Part shown: positions 26,947-38,924 of the stretch, piece by piece
Layout of the letters: the number at the start of each line of letters is the position of its first letter
How positions within the stretch are numbered: position 1 is the stretch's first letter
Assembly: GCA_964188305.1 (NCBI GenBank)
Contig: OZ076894.1
Reading direction: 5' to 3' (one strand)
DNA: 64,000 bases
Source of the DNA: Podarcis bocagei
Taxonomy: Eukaryota
Notes under the pieces: model-generated
Databases searched by the model: none
Told to the model about the DNA's origin: nothing
What the model saw: the letters and a program-made list of their open reading frames with translations, nothing else
Program-made: the position numbers and the translations under genes

Positions 26947-27293
26947 GGGATGCGGGTGGTGCTTTGGGTTAAACCACAGAGCCTAGGACTTGCTGATCAG
27001 AAGGTCGCGGTTCGAATCCCCGCAATGGGGTGAGCTCCTATTGTTCAGTCCCAGCTCCTGCCAACCTAGCAGTTCGAAAGCACGTCAAAGTGTAAGTAGA
27101 TAAATAGGTACCGCTCCAGCGGGAAGGTAAACAACGTTTCCGTGCATTGCTCTGGTTTGCCAGAAGCGGCTTAGTCCTGCTGGCCACATGACCTGGAAGC
27201 TGTACGCCGGCTCCCTCAGCCAATAAAGCGAGATGAGTGCTGCAACCCCAGAGTCGGTCACGATTGGACCTAATGGTCAGGGGTCCCTTTACC
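26947..27293 (+). mobile_element. Sauria SINE, full length
   Basis: Consensus match; 14-bp TSD tagataattgttta. Confidence 0.93.
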
Positions 27294-27865
27294 TAGATAA
27301 TTGTTTACTCAAAGAATATAAAAAGTATAAAGATGTCAGAGATTCGTGGATGTGATGAAAAGCTCATTCTTAAATATATCAGAACCTCTTCTATCATTAA
27401 ACATATGTGGGTTTTAAATTTATTAATCTTATTATATTAGCATCTACAAACAAATCTCATTTGTGGGCCTGGAAACTAGCATCTTAGTGCGTAAGGCGCT
27501 CCACTTGTTATATATATATCCATTTTAGATTCTACAGCTCTCAATCAGCATAATTTAGGATAAAGATCCTGTTAGAAATGTAAATGAAGCAGTAAAATAA
27601 TCTCTGTAAGAAGATTCTTTCAATCTGTTGAATATCTCAGTGGTAAAACATATGTAACTTAGGAAAACCAAGGCACAGGGATATACATCAGTTTCCTTTT
27701 TGCCGCAGTAGATATATTGGGGTTTGGGGATTTGAATTCTAAATTTGTGAGCTTATTCAGGGTTCTCTTTCTAGTTATTATCGGTAACAGAAAAGCCAAT
27801 GTGCCTTTTCCTTCAGAAATCCAGATCTCTGCCAAAACACTGCCACCACCTACAATCCCCAAGCG

Positions 27866-28001
27866 CAGTGCCATTTTTCTAGAAAAAGAGGTGCCAGAAC
27901 CACTATGAACGCCTCCCTCTTTCTAGTAGAATGGCAATGGCACCCACCTGAGAGGTGCCGGAACTGAGTTCCTGTGAGTTCCCCCTGGAAAAAAAGACCT
28001 G
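27866..28001. mobile_element. Short hAT-like MITE
   Basis: cagtgccattttt...aaaaaagacctg termini; same family as 52427. Confidence 0.65.
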
Positions 28002-28774
28002 CTCAGGTGGGCCATCTTTACACACAGTGGCCTGATCCTACAGAGAATGTCTGAGAGGAAAAGAAATAATATCAATGGATATTACTATTTATGCAAAATG
28101 TAAGAATCTCTTTCCCCCATACACACACATGTCACCACAAAAAATAGGGTATTTTGCACATAATGTTATGTCTTGAAATGTTGCGCCTGTTAATTAAGCA
28201 CTAGCCAAGAGGGATCTGCTTCTATCTTCCATTCCATGTCTGAAGTTTTAAGCTTGGTAGGGCATAGTTATCTTCTAGTGAATCAATCAGTGCAGCAGTG
28301 ACGATTATGAAACTTTGTTGGGGGAAAACAAGATATCCTTGCTGCAGAAAAGAAATGCTACAAAGAAGATGTTCACAACAGGTACTTTGAGATAGAGGAC
28401 CTCAACATGTGTATATTATGTGTCATTATTCTGACTGTTTTCACCTTGAGGTACATACTTTACATACTGTAGGCTTCAGAATAGGCTTTTGTCACGGAGG
28501 GCATGTTCTCCGCCTGCATTTTGCCTGTGCCACTTGTTCTTGCACCTTGCAAGATCAGGAAGATCTTTGTGCCCAGCAAAAGCAGAATGTTTTTACATTG
28601 TTTGCTCTGATGCCTTACCATAGTAAAGTCTGGTACAAATCACAAAGGCGTCTAGTAAGATGTTTGCCTCATCTTGACTTCTGTTCTTACTGACTTTTGG
28701 AAACGGTTGCCCTAGATTTCAAATAAGCCACATAGCTAAGCCGGGATGTTAAGAAATACTTCTAAGGTCTAAGT

Positions 28775-28885
28775 TACAGATAGGTAGCCGTGTTGGTCTG
28801 CCATGTATCTGAAGAAGTGTGCATGCACACGAAAGCTCATACCAAGAACTAACTTAGTTGGTCTTTAAGGTGCTACTGGAAGGGA
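28775..28885 (+). mobile_element. Penelope-like element terminal-repeat fragment with inverted 5' piece
   Basis: ctgaagaagtgtgcatgcacacgaaagctcatacc...ttggtctttaaggtgctactgga; the first ~28 nt look like an inverted 3' end; 15-bp TSD ttctaa(g/t)gtctaagt (28760-28774, 28886-28900). Confidence 0.75.
28805..28842 (+). ncRNA. Minimal type I hammerhead ribozyme motif
   Basis: gtat-CTGAAGA-a-gtgtgcatgcacac (self-complementary stem II)-GAAA-gc-TC-atac; stem I gtat/atac; palindromic AGCT replaces stem III. Confidence 0.7.
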
Positions 28886-28900
28886 TTCTAATGTCTAAGT

Positions 28901-29022
28901 CAGGCATAGGGAAACTCAGCCCTGCAGATGTTTTGGGACTACAACTCCCATCATCCCTGACCACTGGTCCTCTTGGCTAGGGATGATGGGAGTTGTAGTC
29001 CCAAAACATCTGGAGAGCTGAG
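28901..29022. mobile_element. Palindromic hAT MITE (family of 26592), right end lost at the CR1 junction
   Basis: cagatgttttgggactacaactcccatcatccct / agggatgatgggagttgtagtcccaaaacatctg. Confidence 0.8.
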
Positions 29023-30355
29023 GAGGGAGCTGCAGCCCAAGATAGGAAAAATGTAGTCAGGAAACACCTAGCTACTTTAAATGAATTCAAATCTCCAGGG
29101 CCTGATGAGCTGCATCCAAGGGTACTAAAGGAAATTGCAGATGTAATTTCAGACCCTTGGAGAACAGATGAGGTCCCTACAGACTGGAGGTGGACAAATG
29201 TTGTCCCCATCTTCAAAAAGGGGAAAAGGAAGACCCAGGTAACTACCAACCAGTGAGCTTGACATCAAAATCAGGGAAGGTCCTAAAACAGATACTTCAA
29301 CAGTCTGTCTGTGAGCATTTAGAAAAGGATGCTGTGATTACTAAGACCAGCATGGGTTTCTCAGAAATAAATCATGCCAGAACAATTTGATTTCTTCTTT
29401 TGATGGAATTACAAACTTGGTGAATGAGGGAAATGTGGACATAGTATATCTTGATTTCCATAAGGCTTTTGTAGCTGGTTGAGTGAATGAACCCAAAGAG
29501 TACTCATTAATGGTTCCTCATTATCCTGGAAACAAGTGACAAGTGGGGTGCTGCAGGGTTCTGTCCTGTCCTGTTTTGTTCAGCATCTTTATAAATGACT
29601 TGGATGAAGGAATTGAGGGGATGCTTATCATATTTCCAATAGGGACAAGTTTAAGGTTCTGCACTTAGGCAGGAAGAGCCAGAAGCACAAATGGGGGACA
29701 TCTGGCTTACTAGCAGTACATGTGAAAAGGATCTAGGGGTCTTGGTGGTCCACAAGCTTGGTGGTCCACAAGCTGTGTGATGCAGCAGCAAAAAAAAAGC
29801 TAACACTATTCTAGGCTGCATCAACAGAAGTATAGTGTTCAGATCAAGGGAAGCAATAGTACCACTCTATTCTGCCTTTGTCAGACTACACCTGGAATAC
29901 CATTTCCAGTTCTGGACACTACAGTTTAAGAAGCATGTTGACAAGCTGGAACGTTTGCAGAGGAGGGCAACTAAGATGATCAAGGGTCTGGAAACTAAGC
30001 CTTACGAGGAACACTTGAAGCAGCTGGCTATATTTAGCCTGGAAAAGAGGAGACTGAGAGGAGATATGACAGCCATCTTCAAATATCTTAAGGGCTGTCC
30101 ACATGGAAGAGGGAGGATGCTTGTTTTCTCCTGCTCTGGAGGATAAGACTCAAACCAATGGCTTCAAGTTACAAGAAAGGAGATTCTCACTAAGAATTCG
30201 GAAAAACCTTCTGGCAGTAGCAGCTGTTCGACAGTGGAACAGACTCCCACGAGAGGTTGTGGACTCTCTTTCTTTGGAGGTTTTTAAGCAGAAGTTGGAT
30301 GGCCATCTGCTATGGATGCTTTAGCTCAGATTCATCCAGGGGTTGGACTAGATGC
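29023..30355 (+). mobile_element. CR1 LINE, 5'-truncated, degenerate ORF2 with internal deletions
   Basis: Peptides SPGPDELHPRVLKEIADVIS, SREAIVPLYSAFVRLHLEY..QRRATKMI..LEKRRLRGD, WNRLPREVVDS; 3' UTR ggggttggactagatg. Confidence 0.92.
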
Positions 30356-32239
30356 ATTTAGGGAAGCTTAGATGTTACAGTTCCATGTTTCTGAGATCCC
30401 CGCAGCCTCAAGGCCAAAAACAGGAATTGTGAGGAACCTGGAAATTAAATATTGGTCATTTTCCCAGAGTTCCCCAGTAAGTGGCATTAATTGTTAAACC
30501 ACTCTGGGAATAGGGGGTCTCCTAGCAACTCTCAGAACCTTTCACAAATCACACTTCCTAGGAAGCCATGACTGTTTTAAAATGGTATGATACTGCTTTA
30601 AAAGTATAGAGCAGATGAGGACTTAAAATTGCAATTAATGCTTTCTACCACAACAAGAATATTCTAGAAAAACTGAGTCATATTTCTAAACGGGGGGGGG
30701 GGGTGCATTTTGTTAAGGAACTTAACATTTCAGAAATCATTGAGATTTCAGAAAATGCATAACTAATCTACTAGCATATTCCAGTATGGAGCCAGAATAA
30801 AGAATTTGCTTCCCAAGCTCAATTCAAACACATCTTTTTCAATTAACTTGCACAGCCAGCTAATATTATTGGCTTGCACAAATTGTAAAATGATGACATG
30901 GATTTCATATAAATTGAAAGTGAGACTTTGCCCACTAAAACTAAATGTTTTAATAATAAACAAATACAAAGCATGTACCCACAATGCACTGAGTGACTTG
31001 AGAAAAAAATGGGCTGTTTCAAGCACCCGAAATATCACTTGAAATATAATACAATATTGCCCAAACTTTCGCTCTTTATATTTACATAATGCACTCTATG
31101 AACACATTTCTTATACGTGGGGCAATCTCTTTTATGAGCCTATGTATAATTTTACATTATGAACAGGTGCAAATGGAAGCCTAAAGCAAATTGCCATTTC
31201 TTAGGTTTGTAGATTCATTTTCCATCTAAAAGGCTAGGTCTTCAATGTGTTATTTTTTGGTGGGAGGAAAGTCCTGTATCACATTTCAATTAACGCATAA
31301 GACAAATTATTTTGTTTCTAATCAAGTGCTTTGTTGCAGTGCAAGCTTGCATTATTCTGCATTCTATGAGAAAACCGGAAAGGAGTTCGCATTAATATTG
31401 GATTTCACAGTAATTTTTTTCCCTGAGGCTCTAATTGATTCCAGTGGGTTGAGCTGAGTTAAGAAATTCTTCCGTCAGCATTTATTTTCCCATTTATTTT
31501 TCCGTTCTACGTGGCCCTTACACAAAGCACTAGAGAGTCACTTAAATTACTACAAACTAATGTTCCTTGCTCTTATAAATTGACACTGCAATGCTATTAA
31601 GTGTTCCACTGTCCTCTGAAAACCAGAGTAAAATTAAATAAAAATTAGGGGGGGAGGAGAAGCCCTTGGAGAGCTGTAGTCAATGATGGCTGCTAATTTA
31701 AAATGCTTACCTAAACCACAGAAGCATGAATGTACCGTAGCTGCTAAGTGGTAAAGACAGCATTATTTAAAATGCTGTTCTTCATAATAAATGACCCACT
31801 TTCAGATTGATGGCAGCTTTCAATATACATGGGACAGTATGGTTTCCCAAATGTCTTCCTGTTTAGCAGGTGAGACCTTCCAGCCCATTGCCTGAAGTAA
31901 ATTCCACCATAATTAGAGCAGCATACTTGCTGGCACCAAACTTTATGACATGTCATTGGTGGTTTTGATCATCCCATGTCACTTCTGTTTTCATTTCAAT
32001 CACCTGCATTTTAACTAGAGGGGAAATGTGGATTTGGCAACTAGACAGAGCAAAGAACTTCATTAGAACAAGACTGACTTGGGCAAAACCGTTGAGTTTC
32101 TGGAGATATGGGCATGTGGTTCTGTGTGGTGCTTTTCAATTTGAGAAAGTGGATGGGCTGTCATGAATCTATGCAGTTATCGACTCACAGTGCAATCCTA
32201 ACCATGCCTTCTCAGAAGTCCTATTGAATTCACTGGGGC

Positions 32240-32240
<1 letters not shown>

Positions 32241-32285
<45 letters not shown>

Positions 32286-32534
32286 TTATTATTTATACCC
32301 CGCCCATCTGGCTGGGCCTCCCCAGCCACTCTGGGCGGATTCCATAAAAACCAAAAATACAATAAAATATCACACGTTAAAAACTTCCCTGAACAGGGCT
32401 GCCTTAAGATGTCTCCTGAATGTCAGGTAGTTGTTTATCGCCTTGACATCTGCTGGAAGGGCGTTCCACAGGGCGGGCGCCACTACCAAGAAGGCCCTCT
32501 GCCTGGTTCCCTGTAGCTTTGCTTCTCGCAATGA
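32241..32534 (-). mobile_element. L2-clade LINE 3' fragment
   Basis: ORF2 C-terminus RAFLVVAPALWNALPADVKAINNYLTFRRHLKAALF; long (AAT)n tail; TSD gggct. Confidence 0.85.
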
Positions 32535-32541
32535 GGGCTTA

Positions 32542-32892
32542 GTAAAGGTAAAGGGAGCCCTGACCATTAGGTCCAGTCATGGCTGTCTCTGGGGTTGTGG
32601 CGCTCATCTCGCTTTATTGGCCGAGGGAGCCGGTGTACAGCTTCTGGGTCATGTGGCCAGCATGACTAAGCGCTTCTGGCGAACCAGAGCAGCGCATGGA
32701 AACGCCGTTTAGCTTCCCGCCGGAGCGGTACCTATTTATCTACTTGCACTTTGACGTGCTTTCAAACTGCTAGGTTGGCAGGAGCAGGGACTGAACAATG
32801 GGAGCTCACCCTGTCAGGGGGAATCGAACCACGACCTTCTGATCGGCAAGTCCTAGGCTCTGTGGTTTAACCCATAGCGCCACCTGCGTCCT
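32542..32892 (-). mobile_element. Sauria SINE, full length
   Basis: Consensus match; TSD tcactggggctta, whose left copy is split by the L2. Confidence 0.92.
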
Positions 32893-33222
32893 GCTCACTG
32901 GGGCTTACTCTCAAGTAAGGCTAGGATTGCCAGTGTAAGGGTTTGCTTCAGTTTCCATACCTTTTTGTTATCGTTTGGTTTATGGGAGCAACCACAGAAT
33001 AATTAGAGTCCCTATTAGTTTGCATTCTCCACTTCTTGTAACCAGGAGGACGGTCCAGGGCTAGCCTTTTACAAGATAAGGAGCAAGCACTAGAGACATA
33101 TTTTTGCAGTGTATGTTTACATAACTATGTTGAACACCAAGGACAATTTGTTCTGCTTCTTGGTGACTTATTTTCAGTCAGCTGCAAAAATTCAAATTTC
33201 CTTCAGTGGCAACATTCAAGCA

Positions 33223-33400
33223 TGCACACGAAAGCTCATACCAATACATAGCTGTCAACTTTTCCCTTTTCTTGCGAGGAATCCTATTCAGAATAAGGGA
33301 ATTTCCCTGTAAAAAAGGGAACAGTTGACAGCTATGTACCAATAACAAACTTAGTTGGTCTCTAAGGTGCTACTGGAACAATTTTTTTAATTTTTTGTTT
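33223..33400 (+). mobile_element. Penelope-like terminal fragment, 5'-truncated inside the hammerhead motif
   Basis: tgcacacgaaagctcatacc...ttagttggtctctaaggtgctactgga; 13-bp TSD caacattcaagca (33210-33222, 33401-33413). Confidence 0.75.
33247..33336. mobile_element. 90-bp hAT MITE
   Basis: TIRs catagctgtcaac / gttgacagctatg; perfect 8-bp TSD taccaata. Confidence 0.88.
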
Positions 33401-34066
33401 CAACATTCAAGCAGTTTCTCTCCAGACACAATTTAAGCAGATGTGATTTATCCAGTAGACAGAAGGCAGTAACAATGGTACACCAGCAAAGGTATCTGGT
33501 CCACCTCACCTGTTTTAAGGAAGCATTGCCTCACCATCAGTGCATAACTTGGTTGTCATAACTGGAACCCTGCTACAAGACAGACACTGCCATTATAGCC
33601 ATTTCTCCTCCCCACCTCAGCAGCTCCTTGTTTATGTTCTGTAATTAACCAACAAGAAAGAATTTGCTTGCTCTTTGCAAATCGGCAAATACATTTCCTC
33701 ATCCAGCAAACCTGAGCCTACATAGATGTTATAGACCAGAGCTGGTATACCTTTGACCTGGCAGATGTTGTTGAACTTAAGCCAGGATGGCCAGTGGAAA
33801 GCAATGATGAGAGTCATAATCTAACAACATATGGAGTGTCATAGATTCCTCATCCCTTTAGAGACATTGGTTTTTTAGTGCGACCACCAGTAACTTTTGA
33901 TGTAGCCACCGATGTTCAAAAGCGGAAGTGAGGAGGACCATAAGGAAGAATGGAGTTGGGCCAAAGTACAAGAGTCAGAAAGATCAGAATAACTTTTTAT
34001 GGGGACACACTTGCCCCCGCCTTGAGTTTTCTCTGGGACCCTGTGCTGTCAGTGGAATGACAGATC

Positions 34067-34491
34067 ATTATTTATTTCTTTATCACCTTCCACATATGTC
34101 TCAAGGTGCTGTACAGAATACAATAAAAACAACTAAAACGATGTCGGTTTGAAACAATACAGAGAATAGCAGCAGATTAAACAAAAACAAAAACCCAACA
34201 CCAGTTAGTCACCCATGGCAGAGACCTATTCATCTAGCTGGGAAGGTTTGTCAGAGCAAAAAGTCTTCAATTGTTTCTGGAAAGCACAGATAGCGGGCAC
34301 CTGTTGTATTTTGGTAGGAGTGCTGTTTCACAGAATAGGCACAGCCACATTCAAATCCTGGCTCCAAGTTACTGTGGAGAGGACTTCTGAGATTTTTGGA
34401 ACTTGAAGGAGATGCTTTTTCGTAGATCACAGTGACCTACTGAGTGTTTAAGAGATAATGCAGACTTCCCAAGCAATCGGGTCCTGAGATG
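34067..34491 (-). mobile_element. Old degenerate L2 fragment (resumes at ~35330-35420 after the CR1)
   Basis: L2-type tail and body similarity by eye. Confidence 0.45.
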
Positions 34492-35303
34492 TAGAATCAT
34501 AGAATCATAGAGTTGGAATAGACCACAAGGGCCATCGAGTCCAACCCCCTGCCAAGCAGGAAACACTATCAGAGCACTCCTGACATATGGTTGTCAAGCC
34601 TCTGCTTAAAGACCTCCAAAGTAGGAGACTCCACCACACTCCTTGGCAGCAAATTCCACTGTCAAACAGCTCTTACTGTCAGGAAGATCTTCCTAATGTT
34701 TAGGTGGAATCTTCTTTCTTGTAGTTTGGATCCATTGCTCCGTGTCCGCTTCTCTGGAGCAGCAGAAAACAACCTTTCTCCCTCCTCTATATGAAATCCT
34801 TTTATATATTTGAACATGGCTATCATATCACCCCTTGACCTCCTCTTCTCCAGGCTAAACATGCCCAGCTCCCTTAGCCGTTCCTCATAAGGCATCATTT
34901 CCAGACCTTTGACCATTTTGGTTGCCCTCCTCTGGACACGTTCCAGTTTGTCAGTGTCCTTCTTGAACTGTGGTGCCCAGAACTGGACACAGTACTCCAG
35001 GTGAGGTCTGACCAGAGCAGAATACAGTGGCACTATTACTTCCCTTGATCTGGATGCTATACTCCTATTGATGCAGCCCAGAATTGCATTGGCTTTTTTA
35101 GCTGCCGCGTCACACTGTTGGCTCATGTCAAGTTTGTGGTCAGCCAAGACTCCTAGATCCTTTTCACATGTACTGCTCTCAAGCCAGGTGTCACCCATCT
35201 TGTATTTGTGCCTCTCATTTTTTTTGCCCAAGTGCAATACTTTACATTTCTCCCTGTTAAAGTTCATCTTGTTTGTTTTGGCCCAGTTCTCTAATCTGTC
35301 AAG
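34492..35303 (-). mobile_element. CR1 LINE 3' fragment, young
   Basis: Uninterrupted frame [26 protein letters not shown]...[15 protein letters not shown]...LTVRAV (ORF 34662-35327); (ATTCTATG)n tail. Confidence 0.95.
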
Positions 35304-35974
35304 CATTAGCACCTTATATGTGAACAAGCATATAGGGCCTTATATGTGAACTTGGCTTGGTAGCAGATTGGCATCTATTGCAAATCTCACAAACAGTGTG
35401 TTATATGTTGGTGGTAGTTTCTCCCAAGCAACCTCCTGATATTTTCCCAATATGTGTGTGTGGTGTATGTGGCTTTCTCTTCTCCTTTTTTTGGAAGCAG
35501 AGATTCACAGTCTATCCCACAGTCACAGGTTTTCTCCCATAAGTCTGTCTTATTTCTACATAAATCTGTGCTTTAAAAACAAACAAACAAAAAACACCAT
35601 AATAATCCTTTCTCTCAAAACATGCCATTCTAAATGTATTTTGATACATTTCTTGAGCCGAGAGCAGTATTGGAAGGCTAGGAAAGAATACTGTGGAATA
35701 ACTATAATTTTCAATTTTTGTATTAATCTAGAAGGCATAGATCAGGTCATTTCATATTTAAATTGCAAAGATTGAATTCTTCAAGCATCCTTATTTGGAG
35801 ATGGCAAGACCTGAAAAGTGATATATAAATGCTTGAATAAATAAATAAAATGTATTCAAGTATTTCTGAATCCCTGTGTAGTAGAGATGCAATAGATATG
35901 TATATTCTGTTCCAGTTAAGGTGTGTCTAAGAAGAACCAAGTATTTTCCATAGTAAAAAACACAACCCAAAAAT

Positions 35975-36348
35975 GTAAAGGACCTCTGGGCGGTTAAGTC
36001 CAGTCAAAGGCGACTATGGGGCTGTGGCGCTCATCTCGCTTTCAGGCCAAGGAAGCCGGCGTTCGTCCACAGACAGCTTTCTGGCTCATGTGGCCAGCAT
36101 GACTAAACCACTTCTGGTGCAATGGAACACCGTGACAGAAACCAGAGTGCACGGAAATGCCACTTACCTTCCCGCTGCAGCAGTACCTATTTATCTACTT
36201 GCACTGGCATGCTTTTGAACTGCTAGGTTGGCAGGAGCTGGGACAGAGCAACAGGAGCTCACTCCGTCGCAGGGATTCGAACCGCCGACCTTCCAATCAG
36301 CAAGACAAAGAGGCTCAGTGGTTTAGACCACAGCGCCACCCGTGTCCC
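35975..36348 (-). mobile_element. Sauria SINE (longer variant)
   Basis: Consensus match; 14-bp TSD tattttccatagta. Confidence 0.9.
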
Positions 36349-36539
36349 TCTATTTTCCATAGTACTTCAACAACAAAATACTGGTCCAAACAAGGGAGCA
36401 AATTAGTATTTTAGACTGTTCACTGAAAAGAGCAGAGGAAGGTGATGAAATGAAATTACCAAGTGGTAAAAGCACTTGGTATTGTAGTTCAGAGTGCAAT
36501 TAACCTCAGACCTTCCAATAAAGATCTTGATATAGGATA

Positions 36540-36546
<7 letters not shown>

Positions 36547-36588
<42 letters not shown>
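36547..36588. repeat. (TA)n microsatellite
   Basis: Direct inspection. Confidence 0.95.
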
Positions 36589-36592
<4 letters not shown>

Positions 36593-37285
36593 AAACCAAT
36601 TTGCATTAAAAGCCAGTAAGAACTTGAATTTGGCCTTCATGCTTGGAGCAAAATGAAGTTGTTTTCTTTCTCGTTGTAATCCGCTTTGCTGTCTCTCTGC
36701 TGCCTGTGTTGTCAGCATTTATAAAGCAAATAGACTAAATACCCTAAGACTAACTTTCCCTAGAGTAATGTTGCTGGGATTAAGCTTTACAATTTCTAGC
36801 CTTTGGGAAATCAAAGTCTTGAATTTTTCAGTGCAAGTGATTCATGGATTGCTTCGTCTGCTCAAATCTTTCCCAAGTAAGAATTTCTTACAGACATGAG
36901 ATCAGTTTTAAAGGATTTAAACTACATAATGGGGGCAAACGAGAACTGTTTCCCCCCTTTTCCATCTTTTTTTGTGGTTTTTTTTTGTTTAACAAACCCC
37001 CTCATCAAACCCCTGCAGTTGGTGATTGCCAATTACCTGCAACTGCAGGAACACTAGTAAAGCATCCCTTTAATTAGGGAGGTATTAAAAATGCCCTTGG
37101 GAACTAACCAAGCATAAATGTAGCTGAGAAGTTTTGTTTTTCCTGACAGGCTTCAGGATTAGTAGCCAAATCAGTGAAAGCTCCTAGCAGAAAATACCCC
37201 GAATCAACCTCCCTAGAACATGCTGCTGTTTAAATTAGGCAGTCATTTCACCTTCAGAAATAATTCTCCATCATTACAGGGGAGA

Positions 37286-37309
37286 TGTGTGTGTGTGTGT
37301 GTGTGTGTG
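37286..37309. repeat. (TG)n microsatellite
   Basis: Direct inspection. Confidence 0.95.
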
Positions 37310-38599
37310 CGTGCAGGCAGACAGAGGGAGTTGTTCCTGCAGTTCTTCATAGTGCTGGAATATCCCTGGAGACAGCATGTAAGTCCCTTCACTGTGCTAA
37401 AGCTACTGAGATCTTGGGGCCCGTAGCTTTTTCTAGAAGAGACGACAATATATTGTTGCTTATGTAGGTAGCCAAAAGTGCAGCTTCCATGCACAAGAGG
37501 AGAGCAGTACCATCAGGTCTGAGGGAAACATAACAGTTTGCAGAAGAAGAAGAAACTTTAAGGGGAAAACCACAGGGTGGAGATAACAGCCCGATGAGGA
37601 CGGAGTACGCTCAATAGTCATAGAATACTGGCTAGCTAAAGGCCCGACAGGAACTTAACAGTAAATGGAATGGAGCAGTTATAATCTGAAGCAGCAATAC
37701 TATGCTCTTCTACACCTTCTGGCAGATCTGTTTATGTCTACGCACAATGCTCATTTTAAAATGCTGGAGTTGCCCCTCCCCACAACATATCATAATATGT
37801 TTATAAACATATGTATAATTAACCAGAATTCACTAGTGTGGCATAGGGTGATGGCAACCTTCTTAGCTGGGTTAAACAAACTGGTTAAAGGGTGCTTGTA
37901 TAATGGTTACCCACTTTTGTGGGCTCTTGAGGCTCACAGCAGAAGTGCCTTGTGTTACAAGTTCAAGTAGTAAGCAGTGAATGTGCAGTACCATGGACAG
38001 CTCCACACATCCCTGCTAAGGCAGCAAGCGGAGATGTTGTCTCTGTTGAAAGCTAGAGTCAACTGACCAGGCCTCAAGTGTGGCAGGCTCTGCATTCCTG
38101 GAGGATCTGGCTGGCTGATGGCTCTCACCTTATTTTGTAGCCTTTGGTTTCTGAGAGACTAGGGAAGCAGGCACTGTAGGGGATGTGCCCTTTGAACCAG
38201 AGGGTGTAGATAGGATGGCGTCCCCAATAAGATATAGCTTGGTCTCCCCACCCCAGCCAAGGAACTAGTCTGACGCTTGACCTCAGCTACACATTGAAGG
38301 TCCTTGGATGGTGAGTCATTCCCTCCCCGTTTTCATGGTACAAGTTGTGTGTTCTCCACAGTCAAAATTTGGAGGCATTTGGGTTGGTTTTGGAGGCAAG
38401 GTATCATATCTTTCTTTTAGAATTTTAGGGGTGTCAGCGTCACTGGTAATACACTCCTGAGTTTTCCTGGTGTGATTCCTCATGGAAGTGATGATATGTA
38501 ATGTGGTGCTCTGTTTAAGGGGAAGTGGCTGAGACAGGGAAGTGACATGAAGTAGGAAGCCTTGGGAGAGTCTTGCCAGCATCAACCAATTATTTTCAA

Positions 38600-38924
38600 A
38601 CAGAGCCTAGGATTTGCCGATCAGAAGGTTGGCGGTTCGAATCCCCGCGATGGGGTGAGCTCCCATTGCTTGGTCCCTGCTCCTGCCAACCTAGCAGTTC
38701 AAAAGCACGTCAAAGTGTAAGTAGATAAATAGGTACCGCTCCGGTGGGAAGGTAAACGGCATTTCCGTGTGCTGCTCTGGTTCACCAGAAGCAGCTTAGT
38801 CATGCTGGCCACATGACCCGGACGCTGTACACCAGCTCCCTCAGCCAATAAAGCGAGATGAGCACCGCAACCCCAGAGTCAGTCACGACTGGACCTAATG
38901 GTCAGGGGTCCCTTTACCTTTTAC
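38600..38924 (+). mobile_element. Sauria SINE, 5'-truncated
   Basis: Starts at cagagcctagg; box B and ACCTTT tail present. Confidence 0.9.

Larger units (their letters stand above)
32192..32930. mobile_element. Small palindromic repeat (gcaatccta...taggattgc) hosting a SINE and an L2
   Basis: Terminal inverted 9-mers; the halves join once the two inserts are removed. Confidence 0.6.
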
